Assembly: GCA_040954595.2 (NCBI GenBank)
Contig: CM082587.2
Location: 9,925,403-9,989,402, forward strand
Direction of reading: 5' to 3'
DNA: 64,000 bases
DNA from: Balanoglossus misakiensis
Lineage: Eukaryota; Animalia; Hemichordata
A model generated the notes under the pieces. The model saw only the letters and a list, made by a program, of their open reading frames with translations, did not search any database and was not told where the DNA came from. This document shows, in pieces, positions 1 to 13,515 of the stretch (the stretch's first letter is position 1; every line of letters starts with the position of its first letter). A program made the position numbers and the translations under genes.

Positions 1-3000
1 TCTGCAAACAAAGAAAAATATAAGCATCACTGACATTTTATTTGCTCCGATTCGGCCAGTACTGGTCCAAACAAGCATGATAGATACTGCCTTTAATCTC
101 ATACTGACCAATTTCCATCATAAACCTCGCTCTATTTGGAAAATTTGTTAACTTATTTTTTTCTTCATCATTTGCATGAATCTGATACTCCTGCAAACTT
201 AATTTAACCTTGAAATGTGTAGTTCACATGGACATTAAGTTTTCTATAAAATAAAACATTTAACCACACTCTGGACTAGAAAGGCTTCCAAAAGTACATG
301 TACATGCACAAAACGCATTTATAATAATTGGAAAATATTTTGGATCTACAATATGTCAGGTCTTGGTAACGCGATGGACTTGGCTATGGTATTAAGGAAT
401 AACACATTTTGTGGCTCTATTTTTGACACTGTCGAGACTGATATAAAATTATTATCAGTCTATGAAATCTTGCACAAACACGCACAAGGGAGCGTGGCGT
501 GGTCCAATGTGTCCAAACCCGGAAATGACCAACACGTACCTGTACATAAGCAAACAGAGCAAACAGTGCACACGTGAATGCGTTCATCAATCTCCATCCA
601 AGAGATCCCGTATCTTGGCTTTTTGAACTCAGCATGGTCCCGACAATTTACGCCGGAGATTTTGAATGATGGAAAACAATCCAAAACAGTCCCCCATGTA
701 TCGGAGGCGTTCAACACACTCCACAAACAACTGACCTGACCTGAGCCAATCTTACAACCAGCTGACATGTATTGACCTGTTGCAAGGTCAACAGAGGTCG
801 CGAGACTGGCCTCCAGAGGGCGTAGTCAATGAACGTTGGCTTTTCAGTATTAATGCAGTTCACGATGTGAATATTTTAACAGGACTATCCTACAGAGTTT
901 TGCGGAAAACTTGTTATGCGCTCTAGCCTTTAATTCATATTTTATTTAGTACACAACATGCACGATCAGAGAGTGCTGTAAAGTACAGTAATTATTTTGA
1001 AAATTGTAACATTATGTAGAAATTTTCCAAGATTCTACAGAAGTCTTTTTCTTACTTAATTTTTATACTCTTGAACAGCAGTGACCCAGATTTTACATCA
1101 AATAATTTGAATTCTTTTTGATGATGACAAGTACCCATATTTCTACATTATGGGTACTGAATTTCAACATTTTCATTCTGATTAGAAATCTACCCTATTC
1201 ACTCCTAATACCAGCTCGAGGAGCATACAGAATTGAACGTTTAACAGTAAATAGTGCTTTCATTGTTTTCATTTTCAAGTGTAACTGGTTTTGCTTAAAT
1301 TTGCCATTAGGAGTATTAAGCATACACCAAATTGTTTGGCTTGACTGATCATTTCACCATGAATTTTAAAGGCACAGTTTTTTTTACCATTCTGCTATTC
1401 CTAGGCCTGTTGAGAATCATAAATTTGGTTTTTGACATTTACTGTGAGCTCCCATTGTTGGCGGTATACACCTAGTTTGCTTTCACAGTTTTGAAGCCCT
1501 TCCGTAGATTCTAAATTTAGCAATAAATCATCGATCTGCATAAATAATACAGTTTTAACTTGACACTATCCAGTTCGACTAGAAAATCAGATGCTTCCCC
1601 CAAAATATCAGTGCAATCATTTAGAAAAAAAATTTAAAATGTAGCAGACAACTTACATCCCTGCTGAACTCCACAAGATGTCTCAAAGCTCTTTGAAAAC
1701 CTTGTAATTAACATTTTCCAACCTTTTTTTAATTAATGACTGATAAAATTTACCAACTTCAATAATAAATCCTTCTTCTAAACACAATCAGAAGCCCATC
1801 TCAAGTCAACAAAAGCCGAGTATAAATAATTTCCTCTCTTTTTCCTTTCAGTTTAGACAAATTTGTTTATTGCAGTGTTGGGAACAAACATAGAATCAGA
1901 TGTTCTTGTGTTCTTTCTGAACCTGAACCAAAATGGTGTAATAAGCCTGTTAATGTCTAGGTAGCTGATTAATTGTGTATTGAAAATTGACCTTGCATAA
2001 TTTTGATAAACAGCTCGATAGTGCTATGGCCCTATAGTTGCATGGATTTGACGCATCACTAGATTTATGGAAAGGTGTTAACATAGCTGATTTCTAAACA
2101 TTGGATTTCTGAAGAAAATTCCTATTTTTCAAAATATCCCAATTTTTGTTGAATTGGGTGGTTTTGGTACCATTTTCTGGAACATTTTGCATGGGGACCC
2201 TATATTTTTTTCTCCTTTTTTCAAAGAAGGTCATTAGAAAAACTGAAAGAATACTTTCGTGGCCATCAGGATATTAATTTGAATGGTAGCGACTACCTTT
2301 CTAGATGATACTTCAACGACTGACCTATTTTCCAAGTGTCTTGCTCCAGAAACATCATGATGGACAGACAACTTCTCCAGAGGTCTTCATGTTGAACAAG
2401 TTCTCTCCTCCAATTGCACACCACCCTGCAAAACAATCAAGCCACAAAATCAACTAAAGCCAGCAAAGAAAAAAACAAAATCTGGAACAGTCATTGCTTT
2501 TCAAGTTTCTCCCTAGAAACCATTTGCTACAGGAACATGTCTCCTTTGGTTTTCAATCAAGAGGCTGGTCAAACTGTGTTTTCCAGTGGAGATATTTTAG
2601 TTCTTACTGGTGTTTGGCTTACTACAGTTAGACATCTCCTAAAAATGCTAAATTTTGATTTACATCATCTAGTTGTCTTAAAAAGATGTCGCAAATATGC
2701 ATATTTAACATCATGACAGGGAAATGCAACACTGTACAATCATTTACCTGATCACTGGTTAGCTGCCATGCCCAATAATCTCATGATCCAAAACACACTG
2801 CCAGGCAAGATCTTCTAACACCATGGACTTCATTCCTGGAGACATCTCACTGTGTTCTTGAACTTGGTTCTCAAAGGACAGCTTACATTTTTGGGGAAGT
2901 GGGTTTAGTCTCCAAACATTGGAAAACACATTTTTCCAATGTTTAGATTACACCGTCAGCACGTGAAGCTACCCACTATGACGGCACCTACTCTAAAAGG

Positions 3001-3179
3001 GCCTGCCCCCAGAATCCCATTACAAGGCCGTGTGTCCCTATCTAAAGGAAGGAGTCCCACAACTCAGTTTGCAAACTGAAATTTGAACAGTAAATCAAAC
3101 AATTCGTTCTTACCCGGGAAGGGCCCAATACCCCCAAACCTCTGCCCCTGTGCGCATCCAGGTCCAGGTCTTGTGTGAT

Positions 3180-6105
3180 CTGTAGAGATAAACAGATAGA
3201 AATAGAATGTTAGTAAAGTGCATGAAAGAAATTATTGGAATAACACATACCGAAATTAATGCTGGGTTTTCCTTCGTCTTCTCCTTGGTCTTCTGGTCTT
3301 CGTCTTCTCGTTGGTCTTCTGGTCTTCGCCTTCTCGTTGGTCTTCTGGTCTTCGTCTTCTCGTTGGTCTTCTGGTCTTCGTCTTCTCGTTGGTCTTCTGG
3401 TCTTCGTCTTCTCGTTGGTTTTCTGGTCTTCGTCTTCTCGTTGGTCTTCTGGTCTTCGTCTTCTCGTTGGTCTTCTGGTCTTCGTCTTCTCGTTGGTCTT
3501 CTGGTCTTCGTCTTCTCGTTGGTCTTCTGGTCTTCGTCTTCTCGTTGGTTTTCTGGTCTTCGTCTTCTGGTCTTCATCCGGGGGTATCTGTTGAAGGAAT
3601 CAAAGGGGAAAAATGGTTAGTATATTTTAAAATAATTTTGCATTTTATACATGGATTAACACATACCGTAATTAACGCTGGGTTTTTCTTCGTCTTCTCG
3701 TTGGTCTTCTGGTCTTCGTCTTCTCGTTGGTCTTCTGGTCTTCGTCTTCTGGTCTTCATCCGGGGGTATCTGTTGAAGGAATCAAAGGGGAAAAATGGTT
3801 AGTATATTTTAAAATAATTTTGCATTTTATACATGGATTAACACATACCGTAATTAACGCTGGGTTTTTCTTCGTCTTCTCGTTGGTCTTCTGGTCTTCG
3901 TCTTCTCGTTGGTCTTCTGGTCTTCGTCTTCTGGTCTTCATCCGGGGGTATCTGTTGAAGAAATCAAAGGGGAAAAATGGTTAGAATATTTTAAAATAAT
4001 TTTGCATTTTATACATGGATTAACACATACCGTAATTAACGCTGGGTTTTTCTTCGTCTTCTCGTTGGTCTTCTGGTCTTCGTCTTCTCGTTGGTCTTCT
4101 GGTCTTCGTCTTCTGGTCTTCATCCGGGGGTATCTGTTGAAGGAATCAAAGGGGAAAAATGGTTAGTATATTTTAAAATAATTTTGCATTTTATACATGG
4201 ATTAACACATACCGTAATTAACGCTGGGTTTTTCTTCGTCTTCTCGTTGGTCTTCTGGTCTTCGTCTTCTCGTTGGTCTTCTGGTCTTCGTCTTCTCGTT
4301 GGTCTTCTGGTCTTCGTCTTCTCGTTGGTCTTCTGGTCTTCGTCTTCTGGTCTTCATCCGGGGGTATCTGTTGAAAGAATCAAAGGGGAAAAATGGTTAG
4401 TATATTTTAAAATAATTTTGCATTTTATACATGGATTAACACATACCGTAATTAACGCTGGGTTTTTCTTCGTCTTCTCGTTGGTCTTCTGATCTTCGTC
4501 TTCTCGTTGGTCTTCTGGTCTTCGTCTTCTGGTCTTCATCCGGGGGTATCTGTTGAAGAAATCAAAGGGGAAAAATGGTTAGAATATTTTAAAATAATTT
4601 TGCATTTTATACATGGATTAACACATACCGTAATTAACGCTGGGTTTTTCTTCGTCTTCTCGTTGGTCTTCTGGTCTTCGTCTTCTCGTTGGTCTTCTGG
4701 TCTTCGTCTTCTGGTCTTCATCCGGGGGTATCTGTTGAAGGAATCAAAGGGGAAAAATGGTTAGTATATTTTAAAATAATTTTGCATTTTATACATGGAT
4801 TAACACATACCGTAATTAACGCTTGGTTTTTCTTCGTCTTCTCGTTGGTCTTCTGGTCTTCGTCTTCTCGTTGGTCTTCTGGTCTTCGTCTTCTCGTTGG
4901 TCTTCTGGTCTTCGTCTTCTGGTCTTCATCCGGGGGTATCTGTTGAAGGAATCAAAGGGGAAAAATGGTTAGTATATTTTAAAATAATTTTGCATTTTAT
5001 ACATGGATTAACACATACCGTAATTAACGCTGGGTTTTTCTTCGTCTTCTCGTTGGTCTTCTGGTCTTCGTCTTCTCGTTGGTCTTCTGGTCTTCGTCTT
5101 CTGGTCTTCATCCGGGGGTATCTGTTGAAGGAATCAAAGGGGAAAAATGGTTAGAATATTTTAAAATAAATTTGCATTTTATACATGGATTAACACATAC
5201 CGTAATTAACGCTGGGTTTTTCTTCGTCTTCTCGTTGGTCTTCTGGTCTTCGTCTTCTCGTTGGTCTTCTGGTCTTCGTCTTCTGGTCTTCATCCGGGGG
5301 TATCTGTTGAAGGAATCAAAGGGGAAAAATGGTTAGTATATTTTAAAATAATTTTGCATTTTATACATGGATTAACACATACCGTAATTAACGCTGGGTT
5401 TTTCTTCGTCTTCTCGTTGGTCTTCTGGTCTTCGTCTTCTCGTTGGTCTTCTGGTCTTCGTCTTCTCGTTGGTCTTCTGGTCTTCGTCTTCTCGTTGGTC
5501 TTCTGGTCTTCGTCTTCTCGTTGGTTTTCTGGTCTTCGTCTTCTCGTTGGTCTTCTGGTATTCGTCTTCTCGTTGGTTTTCTGGTCTTCGTCTTCTCGTT
5601 GGTCTTCTGGTCTTCGTCTTCTGGTCTTCATCCGGGGGTATCTGTTGAAGGAATCAAAGGGGAAAAATGGTTAGTATATTTTAAAATAATTTTGCATTTT
5701 ATACATGGATTAACACATACCGTAATTAACGCTGGGTTTTTCTTCGTCTTCTCGTTGGTCTTCTGGTCTTCGTCTTCTCGTTGGTCTTCTGGTCTTCGTC
5801 TTCTCGTTGGTCTTCTGGTCTTCGTCTTCTCGTTGGTCTTCTGGTCTTCGTCTTCTCGTTGGTCTTCTGGTCTTCGTCTTCTCGTTGGTCTTCTGGTCTT
5901 CGTCTTCTCGTTGGTCTTCTGGTCTTCGTCTTCTCGTCTTCATCCGGGGGTATCTGTTGAAGGAATCAAAGGGGAAAAAATGGTTAGAATATTTTAAAAT
6001 AAATTTGCATTTTATACATGGATTAACACATACCGTAATTAACGCTGGGTTTTTCTTCGTCTTCTTCTTGGTGTTCTGGTTCTTCTGGTCTTCATCCTGG
6101 GGTAT
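3180..6105 (-). repeat. Higher-order tandem array: 12 units of 182+26n bp. Each unit is a 79-bp GT..AG intron-like segment plus an exon-like segment holding a variable 26-bp minisatellite
   Basis: The motif ctgttgaag recurs at 3588, 3770, 3952, 4134, 4368, 4550, 4732, 4940, 5122, 5304, 5642 and 5954 (spacings 182/208/234/312/338). The inner unit is ggtcttctggtcttcgtcttctcgtt. On the minus strand every unit has G|GTATGT and a pyrimidine tract ending TTCAACAG|. Confidence 0.95.
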
Positions 6106-6709
6106 CTGTGTGATAAATCTGTGGAGAAATCACAAAGAAATTGATTAGTATGTGTGGAAAGATGGATTGACCATACAGACGGATGCGTAGCATAATATGT
6201 CGAAGATTGCACTGGATTCTGATTGCCTCCTCCTAAAATTTGATTTCACCTGACACAGTAACTGTTGAGAAAGCAGAAAGAAACTGTTTAATATAATGTG
6301 GCAAGATGCCAAATAAGAATATGTAATGTTGAGGTTGGTGGAGTGGGGTGGTGGTGGTGGGCCGGATTCTTTTTGTCTTCTCTTTAAAGTCCATTTCTCA
6401 TACAATGGCGACTTGTTTACTGCTGGTTTCTTCACGTCAAATTTCGTTTCTTCCAGCATGACTTTTGCGTGGGCCTTCCTTCGTGAAATCTGGTTGCCTT
6501 CTCTTTAATTTCTTCTGGGTCTGACTGTTGAGAAGACAGAAAGAGAATGGCGAGAATGGGCTGGTTTACCGGTATCTTGACTTCAAAGTTGGTGTCTTCT
6601 GGCATGACTTTGTTGAAACAAGTAAAGGCCATGAAAAATTGATCTTATGGGCGTTCGCGTTATAACTTTAAATATTGCACTTTCAAGGGTCACTTAAAAA
6701 AACACCAAT

Positions 6710-7380
6710 CGCGAAAATCACGGAACGAAAACGAAGTGTGTCTGTTGGACAAATATTGCAGTTTGGAGATCCGGTCATCAAAGATGTGCCCTTCCTGCTC
6801 GCTCGCTCGGTGCCAATCTGCTGTTTGGTTGTCTTCTCTTCTGACACGATGACACCAGAAAGAGACTTGTGTGGCAGGAAAATCATGGAACGAAAACGAA
6901 GTGTGTCTGTCGGACAAATATTGCAGTTTGAAGATCCGGTCATCAAAGATGTGCCTTTCCTGCTCGCTCGCTCGGTGCCAATCTGCTGTTTGGTTGTCTT
7001 CTCTTCTGACACGATGACAGCAGAAAGAGACTTGTGTGGCAGGAAAATCATGGAACGAAAACGAAGTGTGTCTGTCGGACAAATATTGCAGTTTGAAGAT
7101 CCGGTCATCAAAGATGTGCCTTTCCTGCTCGCTCGCTCGGTGCCAATCTGCTGTTTGGTTGTCTTCTCTTCTGACACGATGACAGCAGAAAGAGACTTGT
7201 GTGGCAGGAAAATCATGGAACGAAAACGAAGTGTGTCTGTCGGACAAATATTGCAGTTTGAAGATCCGGTCATCAAAGATGTGCCTTTCCTGCTCGCTCG
7301 CTCGGTGCCAATCTGCTGTTTGGTTGTCTTCTCTTCTGACACGATGACTATTGAGAAAGCAGAAAGAGACTTGTGTGGAC
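6710..7380. repeat. 165-bp tandem repeat, about 4 near-identical copies
   Basis: (c/t)ggaacgaaaacgaagtgtg at 6721, 6886, 7051 and 7216. The 55-aa repeating ORFs in the track reflect the period being a multiple of 3. Confidence 0.95.
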
Positions 7381-9822
7381 GGATGAAACTTTCAAATATT
7401 CTTCTGGGAAAGGGGAAAAGAAATGGTGTTGAGAAACGAAAAACGGAATTTCAGAGAAGCTTGGGCGCGGGGCTTCTTCGTGAATTAGGCCTATGCGATA
7501 TTGCCGAGAGAATTGGTGGAACTGGTCTGGGCGCGCATCCTTATCTTCGAAAGTGTTTTAAAAAAAAGTTTCAAGCAGCTAATCTGTAAACTGGAAGACC
7601 GATATCGCGAAGACTTTTTTGCAACCAGGCAGTTTCTTTATTTGTTCCGAATAAAAACGATCAACCGCGTCATTATTTTATACATAACATGCAACTTAGT
7701 TTACCGAAGACACCTATCATTTCAGAAAAGTTTCAAACAGCTAATTTGTAAACTGGACGGCCGATATCGCGAAATTGTGGCGTTTTGCAACTATGTAGTT
7801 TCTTTCCACCTTTCCGAATAAAAATAATGAACTGCTGTGCCGTTTTATAACATGCAACTTAGATAGCAAAAGTCACCTATAATTTAACTAAAATCTCGCG
7901 TGTCAGATAAAAACTTTTGCGTGAATGACAAACGCCTATCTTTCCCATAAAAAAAACTGTTTTTACCGAAAATTTTAGGAGAATTTGGACCCCCATAGGT
8001 ATCTAGCAGCATACCTCTAGCCCCAGACAGGGGTTAGTGGGTTGGTGCAATGTGGTGCATGTGCGAACTGCCTGAGTCTGCAGGTCGGCTGTCAGATCCT
8101 GGCTCATATGGACAGCTAATTTATAAACCGGTCGGCCCATTTAATTACATGTGAAGGTTACCAATATCGCGAAATTATGGCGCGTTTTGCAATCGATTTA
8201 GCCTATTTTCTTTGAAAAACACCGATCATGCAAATCATAGAACGAAATTCGAAAACGTCATGTGTACATGTCTACTGGACAAATCGTTTGTACCCAACCG
8301 TGGTACATTTTAGGCGCGTGTCTTTCCGAAAATACCGGTAAAATACACAGAAAATGCAGTACAATGGATTTGAACCGGGCTGAAAGTATACATATAATTT
8401 AGGTCTAACCAGTAAATCATGTCAAATGTAAAAGGAAAACTTATCTTTAGTGCGCATCGCAGCAGGTTGGAGACACGGGCACGCAGAGATCCGCTTCTGT
8501 AAGATGTTGCTTGGAGCTCGCCCTGTGAAAAAATGAGGTTTGTTTCTCGAACGTCTTGTTCAAATAAAATATATTCAAATATATTCAACCGCCAAAACGC
8601 ATAGAGCATATTTCAGCATTCGGAGAAACGCGTCGCTCATTGGTGTTTCAGTCCAACTCGGAAAAACACTATTGTAAAAATACAGGTGGTTACAGTTCAC
8701 TGCTGTCACGGTATCGATTATTTTATCGAGACAAAAGGGGCGACTCAAGGATATTTGCATGCAAAGGGAAAATACTATTAACACCTATTGCAATGGCAGG
8801 GGTACTTGGTATCCAGTGAGTACCAGATTAAACTGGAAAACTACGCGCGTTCATCTTTTTTCCATAGGATTACACGTGGAATAGCTAGAAAACCCACTTC
8901 TACTGTTGTAATGTTCACGATAGCTCTGTCAAGTAAAGATAAATTAATTCATTCATTCAGTCCAGTAAAATCGAATGGTCACCGCGCTCAATTTCGAGAT
9001 ATATTTCGTTAAATATTTCCCCATAGACAAATTATTCGTGATAAATACTGAGTCTGTAGTTTTCTTTTTTTATCGACTTAATTCATGGCTCGTTTTTTTT
9101 AAAAAAACAAGCGCGGTGACCTCTATATTTTATTACGGATTTTCATTATGTATACAAAGGAGAATCCAAAAATCCACATTAAAAATGACAATACTTTCAA
9201 AAATGTTGTAATAACTTTCAAGTGCCCGTTCCCGGGCGTCCGCATCATTTTTCAAGGAATTGCGACAGCGTTGTTTACATGTAACTGTCAACAGTATACT
9301 AGATTATAGGGATCATTTTGACTAAAGTGTGCCAGCCGAGCGCTTCTTGGACACTACCATTCTCTGGTGGGGACAACGCGCAAACCAAACACGCCATTTT
9401 CAAATGCTTACTCAGACTTGCTCCAAGTCTACGGGCTTCATTATGTGTAGGGAACGCGTCGGCGCGCGTCTACCCGAAACCACAAGCTCATTCCCAAATT
9501 CGAAACTCGCCTCACTAGCAAAACACGCCCAAGGCAAGCATGCACGCAAAAAGTATTGAAATTATTAAGACAAAAAACACCGAAAACATAAAAAGTATTG
9601 AGATTTAAAAATCACCAAGCGACTAGTGGGCTAGTCTAATGATTACTATGCTTATGCGTGTCTGCTGTCTACATCCACTCCTCACCACGCCTACTCTTGA
9701 AAATTATTGGAATTTCGTGCTTATAATTGTGGTTTTTGGATTTTCTTATTTAAAGGCACATGATGAGCTGCAACTTATGACATTACTTTTTACGATTTTA
9801 TGGGTTTAAGGTTAGGGTTAAT

Positions 9823-10277
9823 AGGGTGTCCTGAGAAGTCGGCCAGTAGGAGAAGTCGGCCACTACCCGTCCAATGAGAAGTCGGCCAGCTGTTGAACTT
9901 GAACCCGAATAGTGCAGTAATGACCCAGATTACTTATAACAACGCTTAATAAAATATAATTGCACTAAATATGTTCAGATGGACGGTCCCCCCCCCCCCC
10001 CCCCCCACACACAATCTTGACAGCACAATAGCGCAGCTAAGTGCAAGGGACTGTTAACATACATGCGAAGTGATTCCAACAGTTTTTAAAATTCATCGGC
10101 TATTTGTACAGATATCTCAGCTCCTGTACATCAAGGAAACATTTCGTAGTGAAACATTTATAAAACGCAAAGTACCAAAGTACCAAGGCCGACTTCTCAT
10201 ACTGGCCGACTTCTAATACTGGCCGACTGTAAGCGCTGGCCGACTTGCAAACTGGCCGCCGGACTTCTCATGTATTC
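9823..10277. mobile_element. Small non-autonomous DNA element with inverted arrays of GAGAAGTCGGCC
   Basis: Three copies of gagaagtcggcc at 9832-9887 and several reverse-complement ggccgact(tct) copies at 10187-10270. Exact ends and TSD not resolved. Confidence 0.6.
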
Positions 10278-10968
10278 GTTAGTAGGGTTTAGGATCAGGT
10301 TTTATGGAGATCGGTCGCTCACCTGCACTAAAAAGAGAAAACATAACAACAAACGGATCATTCACGGCCAAAATATAAAAGAGTAATTTTGTTAAGAAAA
10401 TCCAGTGTTTTGTTCCAAAATAAATTAAAGTTTTTTTCTTTCATAAATGTCTACGACCATTCAGGTGACTCGCCACTCTCACCCTCCCAGAGAATGGCAG
10501 AGTCCAAGAAGCGCTCAGTTGGACACTTAGTCATATGATCCGATCATAGTACGTCTTTTTTGAGGGGGGGGGGGATATAATGCAAATGTCCCTATCAACA
10601 GCCCGGACGCAACCACCCAACGATGAGGGCGTTTATTGGCAAAAGTCACGTGACTATTTTCAAAATGGGGACTTATTTATGTTGTTGCGCTAACCTTCAG
10701 AAAACACGGGCGATTTTGTCCGATTGGAGAGTCTTTACCTTGAAATGACAACGGTATCGATAAAACTAGAATCGTACGGATATGTTGGCAGATTATCGCG
10801 CCTTAAGCATGGTGGGATTGGGTTTTAGACGTTTTTTTCCCACGATCGACCGTGAATGAAAAACGGAGGTATTGTGATGTTTTTCAAGTTTACCGACCCG
10901 TATCTCAAGAAATATTGGAGGTTGCACGATAATCTTCACACTGCAAGTTAGGTTATTTATCAGTCTAA

Positions 10969-11767
10969 GGCTGCATTCACAAACACCTCTGGAGGGGGGG
11001 GGGGCCGGGAGAATTCAATTTTTTTACCGTTAATTTTCACATGCCCCCCTCAACAACCCGAAATATTTTCAAATCCCCCCCTTCCGAACTGCTAAAATTT
11101 TCAAATCCCCCCCCATTTTCTTTCACACAGCAAAACACATCACCTATCTATCTTGTAAAAAAGAAAAACAGCGCTCCCATGAAAAGAATTTGAAACTGAT
11201 GTTTCCCCTCATCAGTGGGTATTAAAACTGAACATTGTTTTTATTTTTGAAGTATCTGTATTCTGTGTTGGGAGACATTGTAAACCAAGAATTGAAGGGG
11301 GTGGGTTTGGGAGGGGGTGTCCCCCTCCCACGTAAGAAAATTTTATAAAATACAGAGCTCAAAGCCGCATTTTAATGAACCTGGCAAAAGCAAATTAACT
11401 CAACTACCGGTATGTTGGGGAGGACAAATTTAACCGCCGCCGCTCAAAGTTACCATGGGGTGGGGGCAAGTCCCCTGACCTGGGACACTAGATAAACCAG
11501 TCAATGTTTGAAAGGTGTTGATAAATGGAGGGGGTAGGTGTGGGAGGGGGTGCCCCCCTCCCACATTAGAAAATGTTGTAAAATAAAGGGCGCGAAACTG
11601 CATTTTTGTGGACTCAAAATAAATATTTAGTCGTCAAAGTTTTCAAGTCCCCCCCTTTCAGTCCCTAAATTATTTCAAATCCCCCCTTACATACCCTCAT
11701 TTTTTTCAAATCCCCCCCCTCAATTCTCCTGCCCCCCCCCCCTCCAGAGGTGTTTGTGAATGCAGCC
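10969..11767. mobile_element. PIF/Harbinger-type MITE (copy 1)
   Basis: TIR ggctgcattcacaaacacctctggagggg / cccctccagaggtgtttgtgaatgcagcc, flanked by TAA on both sides. A second copy lies at 40707-41434. Confidence 0.9.
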
Positions 11768-12364
11768 TAAGGCTGTGTGAAATTTGAAGTGTTTCGGACG
11801 TTTTATAAAAAAGTGCGGCGCTTTCTTGTGAAACTTGCACTTTCCGTGACACGGCTCGACTTCCGCGTTTCGTGCAGGCGCAGCCAGTGTACACGATGTG
11901 AAGTGAACTGCGCGATTTGTTTTGTCTAGTGACCGTGAAACGAGCCACACTTTCTTGGATATAATAAAAAATTAAATTAAAAAAATTATAATAAAAAAAT
12001 TACTGTAAAACTGAGTATGACTCTGTTCCTACAGATATACTCCTACGATTTGCAATGTCAATTTTCAGTGCATTATTACCGATGCTACGGCCGGGTGCTA
12101 CGGGCACTGTTAGCTCTGCTTGGCTGGGCTGCGTGTTTTATTACCGCAGACGTACACACAAAGCCCCGGCTGCCACGCAGAGCTACGGGCACTGTGTACA
12201 TGCACGTATGTCCACGGTTCATCTTGATTGCCACAGTGATTCATATTTTGAAGACTTGAGAACAGTGTCAAAAGAAAAGAAATGACTGAAGTTATGTTTA
12301 TTGAGAGCAAGCTTTTGTAATTGACCGCGTCCACGATTTAGGCAGTACGAGCTGTACGACTTAA

Positions 12365-12539
12365 AGGTATACAGTCACCTCCAATTTACATACGCACATA
12401 TATGGCTGAAATGGCGTATTTGAGCGTTCTAAAGAACGCTCTTTTTTTCGCTTGTGCCACCCACTGAAAATATGTGATTGGCTAGATCTCAATTTGCCAT
12501 GGTAACTAGAGCTAATTTTCCATAGGTGACCGTATACCT
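12365..12539. mobile_element. TTAA-specific MITE (Kolobok-like), copy 1 of 3
   Basis: ttaa|aggtatacagtcacc ... ggtgaccgtatacct|ttaa. Homologous copies at about 33099-33280 and 58208-58389. Confidence 0.85.
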
Positions 12540-13515
12540 TTAAGGCCGAGTTACACGAGGCAACTCGGCAGGCAACTCGACGCGCAACCCGAGTTGCTCG
12601 GTGAGTTGGCTCGTGTGTATGATGTAGTCGCGTCGCTGGAACGCGTCTGGCGACGTCGCCTCGAAATCCGTCATGTCGGATTTTCGGGCGACGAGCTGCC
12701 TGACGCGCAAACGGTTGCCCCGCGTTACCACTTTGCCTCGAATAAATTTTTGACATCTGCACATGCGAAAATGGTTTTTATTTGTTATTTTCCGAACCAG
12801 GAACTACATACTGTAGACCTGTAGACTTCCGAAAATTTTGGGAAATAAGTATTTGCTATGAAATCGGATATTTGTATGTATTTATAGTTTAATTTTTCCA
12901 TATAAACTCAAGTTTTGTTAAAGAAACTTTCAACTAGTTTATCTTGCCAGTGATAATATGAAAATAAAATACTATTCAGTTCCGTGAAAATGGTTATGAT
13001 GATTGACTCGACATTGATTGCGTTTCCGATTTTTGGGGTACCGTAACCAGATATATCGTAACCAAATTTCAGAATAAGAAAATGCCAGCTTATGATTGTC
13101 GCCCACAGTTCAAGAGTTCTTACACAGTCAGTGTACATCATATATCCTTTTGGGCAAAACACGTGTCTATTTCGCCCGGTCATATCAACTTTTAAATACA
13201 AATATAGTTCTATTTGTATTATTTTACATACATACAAACAAATCTATCAGGCAATATATTTCCTCTTTACAAAATATAGGCCTACTTCGTTCTTCTACAA
13301 TGAAATGTCCCACTTGCCTTGTTATTACTTTCGTTGCATTTCGAAACATGGATTTTGTTTATAATAACGTTTTTACAGATTGGCACAACTTTTGGCTCAG
13401 CATTTTTCACACATTTGTATGATGTGCAGTTTGATAATTCAGTAATCTTAATGTTAAATTGCGCAACTTTCTTCAATTTCCCCATAATCTACTCCCCTGT
13501 TTTACAAGGATTTAA

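Noticed and set aside
353-3100. Scattered minus-strand exon-like segments and short ORFs
   Set aside because: No consistent reading frame or recognisable protein could be assembled.
3260-6060. CRISPR-like repeat/spacer appearance
   Set aside because: The intervening sequences are identical rather than unique spacers, there are no cas genes, and the context is eukaryotic.
3110-6148. Dozens of ORFs (WSSSSR / KTRRRRPEDQ repeats)
   Set aside because: Artefacts of a low-complexity 26-bp repeat that is not a multiple of 3 and lacks stops.
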